Source: Cyanobium sp. E1_MAG_00006 | GTDB lineage: Bacteria; Cyanobacteriota; Cyanobacteriia; PCC-6307; Cyanobiaceae | Length of the DNA: 64,000 bases | Assembly (NCBI GenBank): GCA_027488975.1 | Contig: JAIYAQ010000021.1 | Location: 12,455-76,454 of the forward strand | Direction: 5' to 3' | Shown: positions 25,262 through 34,957 of the stretch, in pieces | Layout of the letters: each line of letters starts with the position of its first letter | Position numbering within the stretch: position 1 is the stretch's first letter | Notes under the pieces: model-generated | What the model saw: only the letters and a program-made list of their open reading frames with translations | What the model was told of the DNA's origin: nothing | Databases searched by the model: none | Made by a program: the position numbers and the translations under genes

Positions 25262-26139
25262 TGCCCTCCTTTCTCCGAATCCTGCCGCTGGAGACGGACG
25301 ACATCCCGGCGGTGACCGCCTGGGCACGGCAGGAGGGCTTCGCGCCCGGGCTCGGGGATGTGGCGATCTACCGCCACACCGATCGCCAGGGCATCTGGGT
25401 GGGCTGGCTGGGCAATGAGCGGATCGGCTGCATCACCGGCGTGCGCTACAACGCCGCCTACGGCTTCATCGGGCTCTACCTGGTGCGTCCGCCCTGGCGG
25501 GGCCGGGGCTATGGCCTGCAGCTCTGGCGCCACGCCCTTGAGCACCTGCAGGATCTCGCCTGCATCGGCGTGGAAGCGGCGCCGGATCGAGCGGACGACT
25601 ACGCCAGCTGGGGCTTCCGACCGGCCTCGGCCACGGTGCGCTGGCAGGCGATCAGCGACGGTGAACCAGCCGCCAGTCCGGAACCCGGCGGCCCCTGGCA
25701 GCTGCTGGCAGGAGACGCCATCCCACCGCAAGCGGTGCAGTGGTTTGATGCCCAGCGCGAGCCGAGCCCGCGGCCCCACTTCCTGGCCCAGTGGCTGAAC
25801 CATCGCGCTGGCACGGTGCTGGCCCTGGTGGACGAGCAGGGCAGCTGCCATGGCTTCGGGCGGATCCGCCCCTGCCTGCTGCATCGCGGTGAGGGCTGGC
25901 GGATCGGTCCGCTGATGGCCGAAACACCCGAGGCCGCCGCCCGATTGCTGCGGGGATTGCTGCTTCGGCACGCCGGCGTGGTGCTGATCGATGCCCCGGC
26001 CGCCAATACCCAGGCCGCCGCCGTGCTGGAGCAGCAGGGCTTCAGCCCCATCTCCCAAACGTTGCGCATGTACCGCGGGTCGGCGCCAGCCGTGTCGCTC
26101 CAGGACGTCTACGGCCTGGCCTGCCTGGAGCTGGGCTGA
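25261..26139 (+). CDS. GNAT N-acetyltransferase (YitH-like)
   Basis: FIGLYLVRPPWRGRGYG, Y..WGF, WRIGPL.A, C-terminal MYRG. Confidence 0.85.
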   Translation: MPSFLRILPLETDDIPAVTAWARQEGFAPGLGDVAIYRHTDRQGIWVGWLGNERIGCITGVRYNAAYGFIGLYLVRPPWRGRGYGLQLWRHALEHLQDLACIGVEAAPDRADDYASWGFRPASATVRWQAISDGEPAASPEPGGPWQLLAGDAIPPQAVQWFDAQREPSPRPHFLAQWLNHRAGTVLALVDEQGSCHGFGRIRPCLLHRGEGWRIGPLMAETPEAAARLLRGLLLRHAGVVLIDAPAANTQAAAVLEQQGFSPISQTLRMYRGSAPAVSLQDVYGLACLELG

Positions 26140-26172
26140 GCGCGCCCGCCAGGGTGGGCGGCCTGTTGGTGA

Positions 26173-26607
26173 TCAGGCCACGAAGCGCTTGTAGAGCCAG
26201 CGCACGAAGCCACCCACCACCGGCACCGGCTCGAAGGTCGGGCCGACGAAGTCGAAATAGTCGCGGTGATCGCAGATCAGGCCCTCGCTGTTGAACAGCA
26301 GCCGGCTGGTGCCGGGGTAGATGAACTCGATCCCCTTGATCTTCAGCCCCATCTCCCACTCCACGAAGGCCGCATCGTCAGCGATGGCGATGGCGCCGGT
26401 GGTCAGATACACGTCGTCGCAGCGGCGCAGCAACCCCTCCTGGGCCGCGATGTAGGCGGCGATGCCGCGCTTCTCCTGGGTGGGGTCCTGGAAGTGAACG
26501 TCGTCGGCATAGAGCTCGCGCCACTGCTCCTCGCTCGGGGCGGGGGCGCCGTAGGGCTTGGTGAACAGGGCCCGCAGGCTGGCGACATCCACGACGACGA
26601 CTGGCAT
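26173..26607 (-). CDS. NTF2/SnoaL-like protein
   Basis: LYADDVHFQDP, F.EW.M, G.S.L.F...G.I..HRDYFD. Confidence 0.85.
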   Translation of the reverse strand: MPVVVVDVASLRALFTKPYGAPAPSEEQWRELYADDVHFQDPTQEKRGIAAYIAAQEGLLRRCDDVYLTTGAIAIADDAAFVEWEMGLKIKGIEFIYPGTSRLLFNSEGLICDHRDYFDFVGPTFEPVPVVGGFVRWLYKRFVA

Positions 26608-26640
26608 CAATGGGCGCCAAGCTAGTGGCCCCGCCCAAGC

Positions 26641-27867
26641 TCAGGCCAGCGGCCGGCCCTTCCAGGTCCAGCCTCGGCCGCTGAGGGTGCGCCACACCGA
26701 GGTGGGGCCGATCGCCGCCACCACCAGGCCGCCGGCCCCCATCAGCCACCACAGGGTGAGCGGCAGCTGGAACTGGCGGCGGGTCCACAGCCGCAGGGCC
26801 AGTTGCAGGCCGATGCCCGCCAGGGCGAGGGCCAGGGCCGCCAGCAGCAGCGGGCGCTGGGCGGGCAGCAGCGTCGTCGCGATCGCCGCCGCCGGCGTGA
26901 GCAGCCAGGGGCCGCTGAACATCAGCAGCACCACCCCGGCCGCCAGCAACGCCCGGGCCACGCTGCCCTCCAGACCCAGCAGCCAGTTCTTGGTCCAGCC
27001 CTCCCAGAGCGAGGCGAAGTCTGCGTACATGCGCAGGTCGAGCGCATCGAGCGCCAGCATGTAGCGCAGGCGATGGCCGCCGGCCTTGATCCGCCGCGCC
27101 AGGGCCAGATCTTCCACCACCTCCGCCGCCAGGACGCGATGGCCGCCGATCGCCTCATAGGCGCTGCGGCGAAACAACATGAACGGCCCGGCGGCGAAGG
27201 CCACCGGACTGGCGGGATCATTGGCGGCCTCGATCGGGAAGCCCAGCCCCAGCAGGCTGGCCATGATCGGCTGCACCAGCCACTCCGCCAGGCAGCCGCA
27301 ACTCAGCCGCGGCGCCAGGCTGAGCAGATCCGCCCCATCGGCCGTGGCCTGAGCCAGGGCACGCCGCAGCGTGGCGGGCTGCAGGCGCACATCGGCATCG
27401 ATGAACAGCACCCAATCGCTGTCCACCTGCTCCATGGCACGGCTGCAGGCCCAGTTCTTGCCCACCCAGCGCTCGCCCGCCGGCCGCGGCCCGGCATCGA
27501 GCAGCGCAAAGCGGGCGTCCGCCGCACCCCACTCTTGCTCCAACTCCTGCTCCAGCTCACGCACCGCCTCGTGGGCGATCGCCACAGTGGCATCGCTGGA
27601 TCGGTCATCGACCAGCAGCACCCGCCAGGCGCCGCAGGGCGACTGGCTGCGCAGCACGCTGCCGAGGCAGGCGGCGATGTTGGCGGCCTCGTTGTAGGCG
27701 GGCACCACCACCGTGAGGGAGCCATCAACGGGGAGCTCCGGCGCCTGGGCCAACCGCGGCGCCCGCGCAAACACGCGCGCCAGGCCGGCGAGCAGGATCA
27801 CCAACCCCAGCGCAGCGGAGCCGGTCAGCAGCAGCAGAACCCAGGCGAGGAGCTCGGCCGGATTCAT
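26641..27867 (-). CDS. membrane GT2 glycosyltransferase (carotenoid glycosyltransferase CruG/CruC-like)
   Basis: VVVPAYNEA, VDDRSSD, W.GK.WAC, LFIDAD, GPFMLF, VVEDL.LA, W.GW.KN. Confidence 0.8.
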   Translation of the reverse strand: MNPAELLAWVLLLLTGSAALGLVILLAGLARVFARAPRLAQAPELPVDGSLTVVVPAYNEAANIAACLGSVLRSQSPCGAWRVLLVDDRSSDATVAIAHEAVRELEQELEQEWGAADARFALLDAGPRPAGERWVGKNWACSRAMEQVDSDWVLFIDADVRLQPATLRRALAQATADGADLLSLAPRLSCGCLAEWLVQPIMASLLGLGFPIEAANDPASPVAFAAGPFMLFRRSAYEAIGGHRVLAAEVVEDLALARRIKAGGHRLRYMLALDALDLRMYADFASLWEGWTKNWLLGLEGSVARALLAAGVVLLMFSGPWLLTPAAAIATTLLPAQRPLLLAALALALAGIGLQLALRLWTRRQFQLPLTLWWLMGAGGLVVAAIGPTSVWRTLSGRGWTWKGRPLA

Positions 27868-27957
27868 GCCGAAACCATCCGCTGCATCATTCAGGGCCAC
27901 CAGGCTGATCAGCCGGCCATGCTGACCGGCCACGGTTCTTGCGGTTCAGCCAGGCCT

Positions 27958-28164
27958 TCACGCCGCAACGGCACGCCGCAGCCGCACGCGGTAGGTGGCG
28001 TGGCTCGCGCCGAAGTGCGCCATCACCGCATCGCGGGCCTCGTGCTGCAGCTCCTCAAGGCTCGCCGCACTGATGCGCAGCGGATAGCCGGCGGCCTGGG
28101 CGATGAGTGGACCGCTGGCCCCACAGCACAGCTGCTGGCGCAGATGGAACACGATTTCGCGCAT
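27958..28164 (-). CDS. HicB-like small protein, paralog of 232-597
   Basis: MREIVF...LRISAASLEELQHEARDAVMAHFGASHATYRVRL. Confidence 0.6.
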   Translation of the reverse strand: MREIVFHLRQQLCCGASGPLIAQAAGYPLRISAASLEELQHEARDAVMAHFGASHATYRVRLRRAVAA

Positions 28165-28248
28165 GTCTCCTCAGCGTCTCTCCGCTGTCCATGCTGGAGC
28201 GGCTGCCCGGCTCTGGGCGGGCTGCCGCAGATCCGCGGCACCGTTTGC

Positions 28249-31200
28249 TCAGGCGCCAGGGCGCTGCAGACGCACCAGAACGCCACACGCCGGCCGCTCC
28301 TGGCCAAGCGGCAGCAGATCAAGCCGGTAGGGGCCCAGCCGTTGCCCATCGAGGGGCAACCAGGCCGTCAGCCCGAGGAGAGCTTCTCCAGACTGCAGCA
28401 CCTGCCCGGCCTGCTGACGCAGGGAGAGCGGCTGCTGGAGTGACGCGACGCCAGCGGCTGCCGGTGCAACCTCCAGCGCCAGCTGATCCAACAGCGGCTG
28501 CAACGCAGCACCGGCCCCCACCCCCAGGGCTTCGGCGAAGCCGGCATTGCTGTGGGCCAACCGCAGCGCCCCATCAAGCAGTGCCAGCGGGGAGGCCTCC
28601 CCAGCCGCCAGGGTCTTGAAGCCGGCGGCCAGCAGCTCGGTGGTCCGGGAAAGCTGGGTCTGGCGGGTCACATCGGCGAGGGTGCCGACCACGCCGTGAT
28701 CGTTGCTGTCCTCCAGCACCGTGGCCATCTCCTGCAGGGTTCGCTCCTGCCCGTCGCGCCGGATCAGGCGATAGGTCACGCTCCAGCCCACCTGTTGCAT
28801 GCCGCGCGCCGCGGCCACCGCAAGGCGGTCGTCCGGGTGAATGGCGTCGTCCAGCAGCGCTGAATTGCGGCAGAGCTCCTCAGCACTCCAGCCCGTGAGG
28901 CCCTCGATGCGTCGGCTGAGATACAGGATGCGCCGCATCGTGTGATCCCGCTTCCAGACCACCTGATCGAGGGCATCAGCCAGGCTCGCGAACTCGCGCA
29001 GGGAGGCTTCCGCCACCCGCCGCAGAGCCACCAGCTCGGAGACATCCGTGAGGGTGAGGATGGCGCCGAGTCGGCCGCCGTGGCGGTCGCGGTAGGGCAT
29101 GATCTGCGCCAGGTAGGCCACCTCCTCGCTGGCGGCTTCGATGCTGCGCCGCTCGTCGCCGTTCACCACCGCCAGCAGGGCATCGCGCAGCCCCGGCAGC
29201 GGCACGGTGGTGGGCACGCCGATCAGCGGCTGACCCACATCGCTGTCCACCAGTCCGAACACCCGCACCGCCAGCGGTGAGAAGCGGCTGATGCGCAGCT
29301 CGCGATCCACGATCACCATCCCTTGGCTCAGGGAGCTCTGGATGTTCTCGAGATCGTTGTTGAGGTGCTCGAGCTGATCGCTGCGGGTGCGCAGCTGCTG
29401 ATTCACCCCCCCCAGCTCCTCATTGGTGGCCTGCAACTCCTCATTCGAGGCCTCCAGCTCCTCATTCGAGGACTGCAACTCCTCCGACGACGCCTGCAGC
29501 TCCTCCGAGGAGGCTTCCAGTTCCTCATTGGCCTGCTCCAGATCCGCCATGGAGCGCCGCAGCGAATCCTGGCTGGCGAGCAGTTCGCGTTCGAGCCGTT
29601 CAATCTCACGGGCGAAGGCGGCATCCCGCTCGGTGATGCCCAGGCCGGCCAGGGGCGACACCGTGTCGCGTTCCTGCCGCACAAAGGAGAGCACCGTGAG
29701 CGCCCGTTCGCCCACCTGCAGTGGTGCCGCCTCCAGGCGGATCGGGCCGGCCAGGCCCGCGAACTGCAGACTGCCGCTGCTGGCGGCGGCGCGATCGGCC
29801 CGCACCAGCAGCAACAGGGCCCGCGCCTCCGACTGCAGCTCATCGCGCAGAAAGGCCCCGGCGGCGGCGGTCATCCGTCCTTCCGGCAGCTTGCAGTACG
29901 GGGAGACATCACCGACCACCTCCACCAGATCGTGGTTTTCATCCACCACGAGGCAGGGATGGGCAAGGGTGCGGATCAGAGCCTCCAGCAAGTGGATGTG
30001 CTGTTCCGGCACCGTTTCGCGCGCGGCGGCCAGGGCATGGACAGGCCGTGGCGGCAGCGCTGCGGCCTGCATCGGCTTGGCCAGGGTGAGCCGGGCGCGG
30101 GCACGCCCCTGGCGGCTGCGCGCGTAGATGCGATGCAGCGGGTTGACCACCGAGAACCCCGAGGTGCGTCCAAGTGATTCGGAGCTGCCCAGGAACAGCA
30201 GTCCACCGTTGTGCAGGGAGAAGCCGAACAGATCGATCACCCGCTCCTGCAGGGGCGCCGTGAAATAGATCAGCGCATTGCGGCAGGAGATCAGGTCGAT
30301 GTTGGGGAAGGGCGGATCCTCGCTGACGTTGTGGCGCGCGAACACGATGCAGCTGCGCAGCTCCTTGCCGATCTCGAAGTTGTTCTCGTGGCGCACGGCG
30401 AAGCGCTCGAACAACGCCTCCGGGATCGCCTTGGCCGCAGAGATCGGGTAGAGCCCCCGGCGACCGATCGCCAGGCTCTGCTCATCAAGATCGGTGGCGA
30501 AGATCTTGAGCTGCTGGCTGAGGTCGGCTGGATGCCCCAGCACCTCGCTCACGAGCATGCCGATGGAGTAGGCCTCCTCGCCGGTGGCACAGGCCGGCAC
30601 CCACACCCGCAGACAATCGCCGGGATCACGGCGAGCGAGCAGCGGCTCCAGCTGGCGGCCGAGGGCGGCGAAGGCATCCGGATTGCGGAAGAAGGAGGTC
30701 ACCGTAACCAGCAGGTTCTGCAGCAGGGCCTGCCCCTCGCTGGGATCCGTGGACAGCAACGGCAGGTAGTCCTCAAGGTTGTGCACGCCGCGGATCGCCA
30801 TGCGCCGCTGCACCTGGCGCCGCAGCGTCGATTCCTTGTACTGGGAGAAATCCACGCCGGTGCACTGCTTCAGCTGTGCGGCGGCGCTGGTGAGCAGCAG
30901 CGGCGCCGTGTCGTCCTCCAGGCGGCTGGTCCAGTCGCGGCCACTACTGAACCAGGCGCAGAGCTGGGCGCCGAGGGCGGCCGGATCAGCCACCAGATCC
31001 ACACGGCCCAGGGCGATCGCCGCCCGCGGCATGCCATCGAAGCGAGCGCTTTCGGGTGCCTGCACCAGCGTGAGTCCGCCGGCACCGCCCACCGCCCGCA
31101 GCCCACAGGCCCCATCCGAGCCGGTGCCGGAGAGCACCACGGCCACCCCCCGCTCGCCCCAGCTGGCCGCCAGCGATTCGAACAGGGCATCAATGGAAGG

Positions 31201-31521
31201 GCTCGGCCCGAACCGCGGCTCAGGCGGCACCAGGCGCAGGCTGCCGTCGTCGAAGCTGGCATCGCAGTTCGGCGGCAGCACAACGATCTGCCCAGGCTGC
31301 AGCGGGGTCAGGTCTGTGGCGGCGACCACCGGCAACCGCGTGCAGCGCCTGAGCAGCTCTACCAGCTGGCTGGGATGCTCAGGCGCGAGATGCTGAGCCA
31401 CCACGTAAGTGGCAGTGCCACCCGGCGGCAGCGGGCCCAGCAACTCCTGAATCGCCTCCAGCCCACCCGCCGACGCTCCGATGACGACCACACGGTCGAG
31501 GCCTGCTGCACTGGAATCCAT
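28249..31521 (-). CDS. CheB methylesterase-CheR methyltransferase-coiled coil-PAS fusion
   Basis: CheB GASAGG, QHL, LSGTGSDG; CheR VTSFFRN, WVPACATGEEAYS, IFATD, DLISCRN; EELQSSNEEL heptads; PAS IHPDD; no kinase domain. Confidence 0.9.
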   Translation of the reverse strand: MDSSAAGLDRVVVIGASAGGLEAIQELLGPLPPGGTATYVVAQHLAPEHPSQLVELLRRCTRLPVVAATDLTPLQPGQIVVLPPNCDASFDDGSLRLVPPEPRFGPSPSIDALFESLAASWGERGVAVVLSGTGSDGACGLRAVGGAGGLTLVQAPESARFDGMPRAAIALGRVDLVADPAALGAQLCAWFSSGRDWTSRLEDDTAPLLLTSAAAQLKQCTGVDFSQYKESTLRRQVQRRMAIRGVHNLEDYLPLLSTDPSEGQALLQNLLVTVTSFFRNPDAFAALGRQLEPLLARRDPGDCLRVWVPACATGEEAYSIGMLVSEVLGHPADLSQQLKIFATDLDEQSLAIGRRGLYPISAAKAIPEALFERFAVRHENNFEIGKELRSCIVFARHNVSEDPPFPNIDLISCRNALIYFTAPLQERVIDLFGFSLHNGGLLFLGSSESLGRTSGFSVVNPLHRIYARSRQGRARARLTLAKPMQAAALPPRPVHALAAARETVPEQHIHLLEALIRTLAHPCLVVDENHDLVEVVGDVSPYCKLPEGRMTAAAGAFLRDELQSEARALLLLVRADRAAASSGSLQFAGLAGPIRLEAAPLQVGERALTVLSFVRQERDTVSPLAGLGITERDAAFAREIERLERELLASQDSLRRSMADLEQANEELEASSEELQASSEELQSSNEELEASNEELQATNEELGGVNQQLRTRSDQLEHLNNDLENIQSSLSQGMVIVDRELRISRFSPLAVRVFGLVDSDVGQPLIGVPTTVPLPGLRDALLAVVNGDERRSIEAASEEVAYLAQIMPYRDRHGGRLGAILTLTDVSELVALRRVAEASLREFASLADALDQVVWKRDHTMRRILYLSRRIEGLTGWSAEELCRNSALLDDAIHPDDRLAVAAARGMQQVGWSVTYRLIRRDGQERTLQEMATVLEDSNDHGVVGTLADVTRQTQLSRTTELLAAGFKTLAAGEASPLALLDGALRLAHSNAGFAEALGVGAGAALQPLLDQLALEVAPAAAGVASLQQPLSLRQQAGQVLQSGEALLGLTAWLPLDGQRLGPYRLDLLPLGQERPACGVLVRLQRPGA

Positions 31522-31593
31522 GGAAACCTCAGCGGATGGGCAGGCGCCAGCCGAACCTAGCCAGGACGCAAAGGCCGCGAATTATCAGAGGAG

Positions 31594-31633
31594 TGCACGC
31601 CTGTAAGACAGGTGCAAGCTCAAGGAATTGAGC
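31594..31633. promoter_or_regulatory. two adjacent hairpins in a lower-GC divergent intergenic region
   Basis: TGCACGCCTGT-AAG-ACAGGTGCA and GCTCAA-GGAA-TTGAGC. Confidence 0.4.
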
Positions 31634-31908
31634 ACCGCAGATTGCTAGCGTATTCGCAGCAGGGGAGATTCAGAATCATTCCGCGGGGACAGGCGACTTC
31701 CCGCAGAAAACAACCGGCACGACAGTATTCCCATTCTATTGCCAGTCTGATCGCAGGAGCTATCACTCACTCGATCACACAACCAACAACCGCACCCGGC
31801 AAGTCGATCTGACACGACCACCAGACACGGGCTTCAGATACGCAGGCCCATCCAGCCAGTGCGGCCTTTCCACAGCACAGCTCTCACAACGCCTTATCGG
31901 GTCACACC

Positions 31909-32085
31909 ATGAACAACGCTACGACTGAACGCCACACGATGTTTCGCAAGCCCGTTCGCATCTCGATCACGCTGGCCCATTCCATCTACTTGGAACTGGA
32001 ACGCAAAAGTGATGAGCAGGGCCGCTCCCTCTCCAACCTGGCGGCCTATCTGATTGAGGGATCACTTCGTCAGAACAACTCTTAG
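31909..32085 (+). CDS. ribbon-helix-helix (CopG/Arc-like) regulator, 58 aa (not in ORF track)
   Basis: MNNATTERHTMFRKPVRISITLAHSIYLELERKSDEQGRSLSNLAAYLIEGSL: beta strand RISITL plus GRSLSNLAAYL helix; alternative ATG at 31939. Confidence 0.8.
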   Translation: MNNATTERHTMFRKPVRISITLAHSIYLELERKSDEQGRSLSNLAAYLIEGSLRQNNS

Positions 32086-32090
32086 CCGCG

Positions 32091-33242
32091 ATGTCCGCCG
32101 GCGAGGATGCGATCCGCAATTCCGCCACATCGCCCGGTTCCACGCGTCCGTTCGTTCAGCTCCTGCGCCCACTGAGTGAGGAGCCGCTGCCCGCCATCGT
32201 TGAGGAGGCGCCGCTGCCTCGGCCAGGCCACCAAACGAGCCGAGACGCATCAACCGACGCGGACTCAGCGGCATGGTGGGGCTTTCACCAGCCCTGCCGC
32301 CATGCCCAGGTGATCGCCCTGAGCGGCCCAGCGATCACAACGCAGCTGGCAGCGCGCCCCTGGATCGGGCTGATCCAGGTGAAGGCGGGCGCAATCTGCC
32401 TGCAGCTGGACAACCACCGCTATCCCTGTGCAGCAGGGGGCTGTCTGCTGGTGCCTGAACGGACCATCCACTGGCAGAGCACAGCCTTCAGCGTGGTCTG
32501 TGTGATGGCTGCGGCCCCCTATCTGGCAGATCTGCTCCGGCCGATGCTGCAGCGTTCGAGCGGGCAGGGCAACCAGCCATGGCCGCCGCAGGTGCCAACG
32601 TTGCTGCATCCCCAGCCAGGCAGCGACGAGGCCGCCTTGATCGCTGCGCTGGAGCGCAATCTGCAGACAATGGCGGAGCTGGCAGATGGTCGATCGGCCT
32701 TGATCGAAACGCTGGGCCTTGATGAGCAGCTCTGCCGGATCCTGACCTTGCTGGCCGTTCCAGCCGCCCGACGTGTGCCGATGGAGCAGCGGCGCATGGC
32801 GAACGGGTCAGATGACACCGCAACCGAGATGGAAGCGGAACAACTGTTCGACCGGGATGCCTTCGAAGCGCTGATCGCTTACATCAACGCCAACCTCGAT
32901 CAGCCCCTCAACCTGACACTGCTGCAGAACCACATCCATTACTCCAGGCGGGCGCTGCAATATGCCTTCCGCCAGCGACTGGGTTGCACCGCCACCCAGT
33001 GGATTCGCGGCCAGCGGCTGGACAAGGCCCACAGACTGCTGGGCCATGCAGCGCCCGGCGAAAGCGTGGCCAGCATCGCCCAGGCCTGCGGCTATCGCTC
33101 CATGAGCCTGTTCAGCATCGAGTTCCAGCAACGCTTTCACATCAAGCCGTCGGTGCTGCTGCGCGAAGCCCGCTCCAGCAGCGGCCACGCAAACCTGGAA
33201 CGAACGGAGCCAAGCCAGGAGGATCAGGTCTCCGGTCTGTAG
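32091..33242 (+). CDS. AraC-family transcriptional regulator
   Basis: YINANLDQPL.L..L.....YSRRALQYAF....G.T..QWIR..RL..A...L...SVA.IA..CGY.S.S.F...F..RF...PS. Confidence 0.9.
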   Translation: MSAGEDAIRNSATSPGSTRPFVQLLRPLSEEPLPAIVEEAPLPRPGHQTSRDASTDADSAAWWGFHQPCRHAQVIALSGPAITTQLAARPWIGLIQVKAGAICLQLDNHRYPCAAGGCLLVPERTIHWQSTAFSVVCVMAAAPYLADLLRPMLQRSSGQGNQPWPPQVPTLLHPQPGSDEAALIAALERNLQTMAELADGRSALIETLGLDEQLCRILTLLAVPAARRVPMEQRRMANGSDDTATEMEAEQLFDRDAFEALIAYINANLDQPLNLTLLQNHIHYSRRALQYAFRQRLGCTATQWIRGQRLDKAHRLLGHAAPGESVASIAQACGYRSMSLFSIEFQQRFHIKPSVLLREARSSSGHANLERTEPSQEDQVSGL

Positions 33243-33418
33243 TCGTATTCGGGTGGGACCACCGGAGCAGGCCGGCTGCGCAGTTCCCAGAGGCTGCAAC
33301 GGTGGATCGAGGCCTCCGCCGATGAGAAGGTGCGCTGCCAGATCCGGCAGGCTCCCTGCGGGCCAAGCGGACTGGTGAAATGCCTGCAGCTGAGACAGAA
33401 GCTCAAGCCAGCACCCAT
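33224..33418 (-). CDS. small Cys-rich protein
   Basis: FCLSCRHF...GACRIW...HRCSLW (CxxCxxF..C..C); better GC3 than the competing frame. Confidence 0.45.
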   Translation of the reverse strand: MGAGLSFCLSCRHFTSPLGPQGACRIWQRTFSSAEASIHRCSLWELRSRPAPVVPPEYDYRPET

Positions 33419-33555
33419 AGCATGGGATTGCACTCACGCTAGTCATGGCCGACCACACCTGGAGGTGAGGGTCCAAGGCCGCCATGACGGCGAGCGCCCC
33501 CGGCAGCGCCAGCGGCACTGAAGCTGGCTACAACAGGGATATCTGCCTTCCTCTG

Positions 33556-33915
33556 ATGCTCCGCAAACGTCTGGCAACAGCCACAGCAGTTGCCGCACTG
33601 GCTTCCGGACTGGTGGCGATGCCCGCCCGGGCCGAGATGCCTGTCAGTCAGATCCGTGCCGCCAACCTGGCGCGCATGGAAGCTGAGCGGATCAACGGTG
33701 GCCTCAGCCGCTACTTCACCGCCAACTGCATGCACCAGCGCGGTGGCGGCAGCTGCATGGTGAACGCGGGCCCCAATGGCTACCTGTTCAACTTCCTCGG
33801 CGGCGCGCCTGGCTGGGAGGTGAACAAGCAGGCCGCCAGCGTGGAAACCCGCATCCTGATCTCGCCCGATGGCAGCAGCGTCGTGAACGTTGAGTACAAC
33901 GGCACACCGCGCTGA
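33556..33915 (+). CDS. secreted hypothetical protein
   Basis: signal peptide MLRKRLATA...PARA; RAANLARM.AE..NGGL..Y. Confidence 0.75.
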   Translation: MLRKRLATATAVAALASGLVAMPARAEMPVSQIRAANLARMEAERINGGLSRYFTANCMHQRGGGSCMVNAGPNGYLFNFLGGAPGWEVNKQAASVETRILISPDGSSVVNVEYNGTPR

Positions 33916-33924
33916 GGTAGGCGA

Positions 33925-34848
33925 TCAGTGGGCGGCCTCAATCGGCCGCGCGCTGAACAGGCTTGCCACCCCCTTGAGCGCGATCTGCTGCGCAGGGCCG
34001 ATCCGCAGACCGCTGTCATCGCTGAGCTGGTCCACCAGTGCCTGCGATGCCAGCAGGGGTTTCTGCAGCACCTTGGTCTGCCCCTCAAGCCGGCTGGCGA
34101 TGTTCACCGTGTCGCCCACGAGCCCGAAGCGCAGGTCATCACTGGGGCCCACCTTGCCCACGATCACCGGGCCGAAATGAATGCCCACACCGATGGCCAG
34201 TTTCACATCGAAATCACGCTCAATCACCCGGGAGAGCGTCTGGATCCGCTCCAGCATTTCCAGGCCGGCATCCACCGCCTGGCGGCAACCGATGCGCGGG
34301 TCGGTCTCCAGACCAAAGACGGCACTGATCTCATCACCGACGTAGAGATTCACCAGACCGCCATGCTTGACGATCACCTGCTTGAGGGCAGAGAAGTAGC
34401 GGTTGAGGATATAGATCACATCGAAGGCTGGGCAGGATTCGGTGATCGGCGTGAAGTTGCGCATATCCGCAAACAACACCGATACCGATAGCGAGCGGAT
34501 CTGACCGAGCCCCTCCTGCTTCTCCAGCCATCGCTGACGCTTCTTTTCCTCCGGCGGCGTGATCAGCCGCTTCACGGTCACGCGCCCTGGGCCTGTGATG
34601 CGCGTGGTACAGGCCAGGCGGATGTTATCCGGCCAGCGGCGACGCTCGGCCAGCAGCATTTCCGCATCACTGCGCGGTGCCAGCTGATCCAGGCCCTCAA
34701 TCACCTCCACCCGGCAGGTGGAGCAGATGCCGTTGCCGCCGCAGGCCGCCACGGTTGGGATCTCAGACGCAACGGCGATATCGAGCTGGCTGGAATCCGG
34801 TGGAAACCAAGGACACGACAGGGCCGCGCAGTCGAATGTGATCGCCAT
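33925..34848 (-). CDS. class III nucleotidyl cyclase with N-terminal 2Fe-2S ferredoxin domain
   Basis: CGGNGICSTCRV...RLAC; LFADMRNFT, YVGDE, GIHFG, GDTVNIASRLE. Confidence 0.9.
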   Translation of the reverse strand: MAITFDCAALSCPWFPPDSSQLDIAVASEIPTVAACGGNGICSTCRVEVIEGLDQLAPRSDAEMLLAERRRWPDNIRLACTTRITGPGRVTVKRLITPPEEKKRQRWLEKQEGLGQIRSLSVSVLFADMRNFTPITESCPAFDVIYILNRYFSALKQVIVKHGGLVNLYVGDEISAVFGLETDPRIGCRQAVDAGLEMLERIQTLSRVIERDFDVKLAIGVGIHFGPVIVGKVGPSDDLRFGLVGDTVNIASRLEGQTKVLQKPLLASQALVDQLSDDSGLRIGPAQQIALKGVASLFSARPIEAAH

Positions 34849-34957
34849 TGGACCAACCTCAAAGGACCCACCCGAGTCGGTGAGTTGCAACAGGTACCGC
34901 AACAATCCCCCAGCCCCTTAAGGTTTACTTTAGAAAGCGGGCACTCGGAGGCTGCCG

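Noticed and set aside
29380-29560. Nucleotide repeats encoding EELQ/ESSNEEL
   Set aside because: Normal coiled-coil heptads of CheB-CheR fusion proteins, not an independent repeat element.
31565-31576. GGACGCAAAG, matching part of the c-di-GMP-I (GEMM) riboswitch core
   Set aside because: The upstream GGCAAAC element and GNRA-capped P2 stem are absent; a 10-nt match alone is insufficient. An Infernal RF01051 search would settle it.
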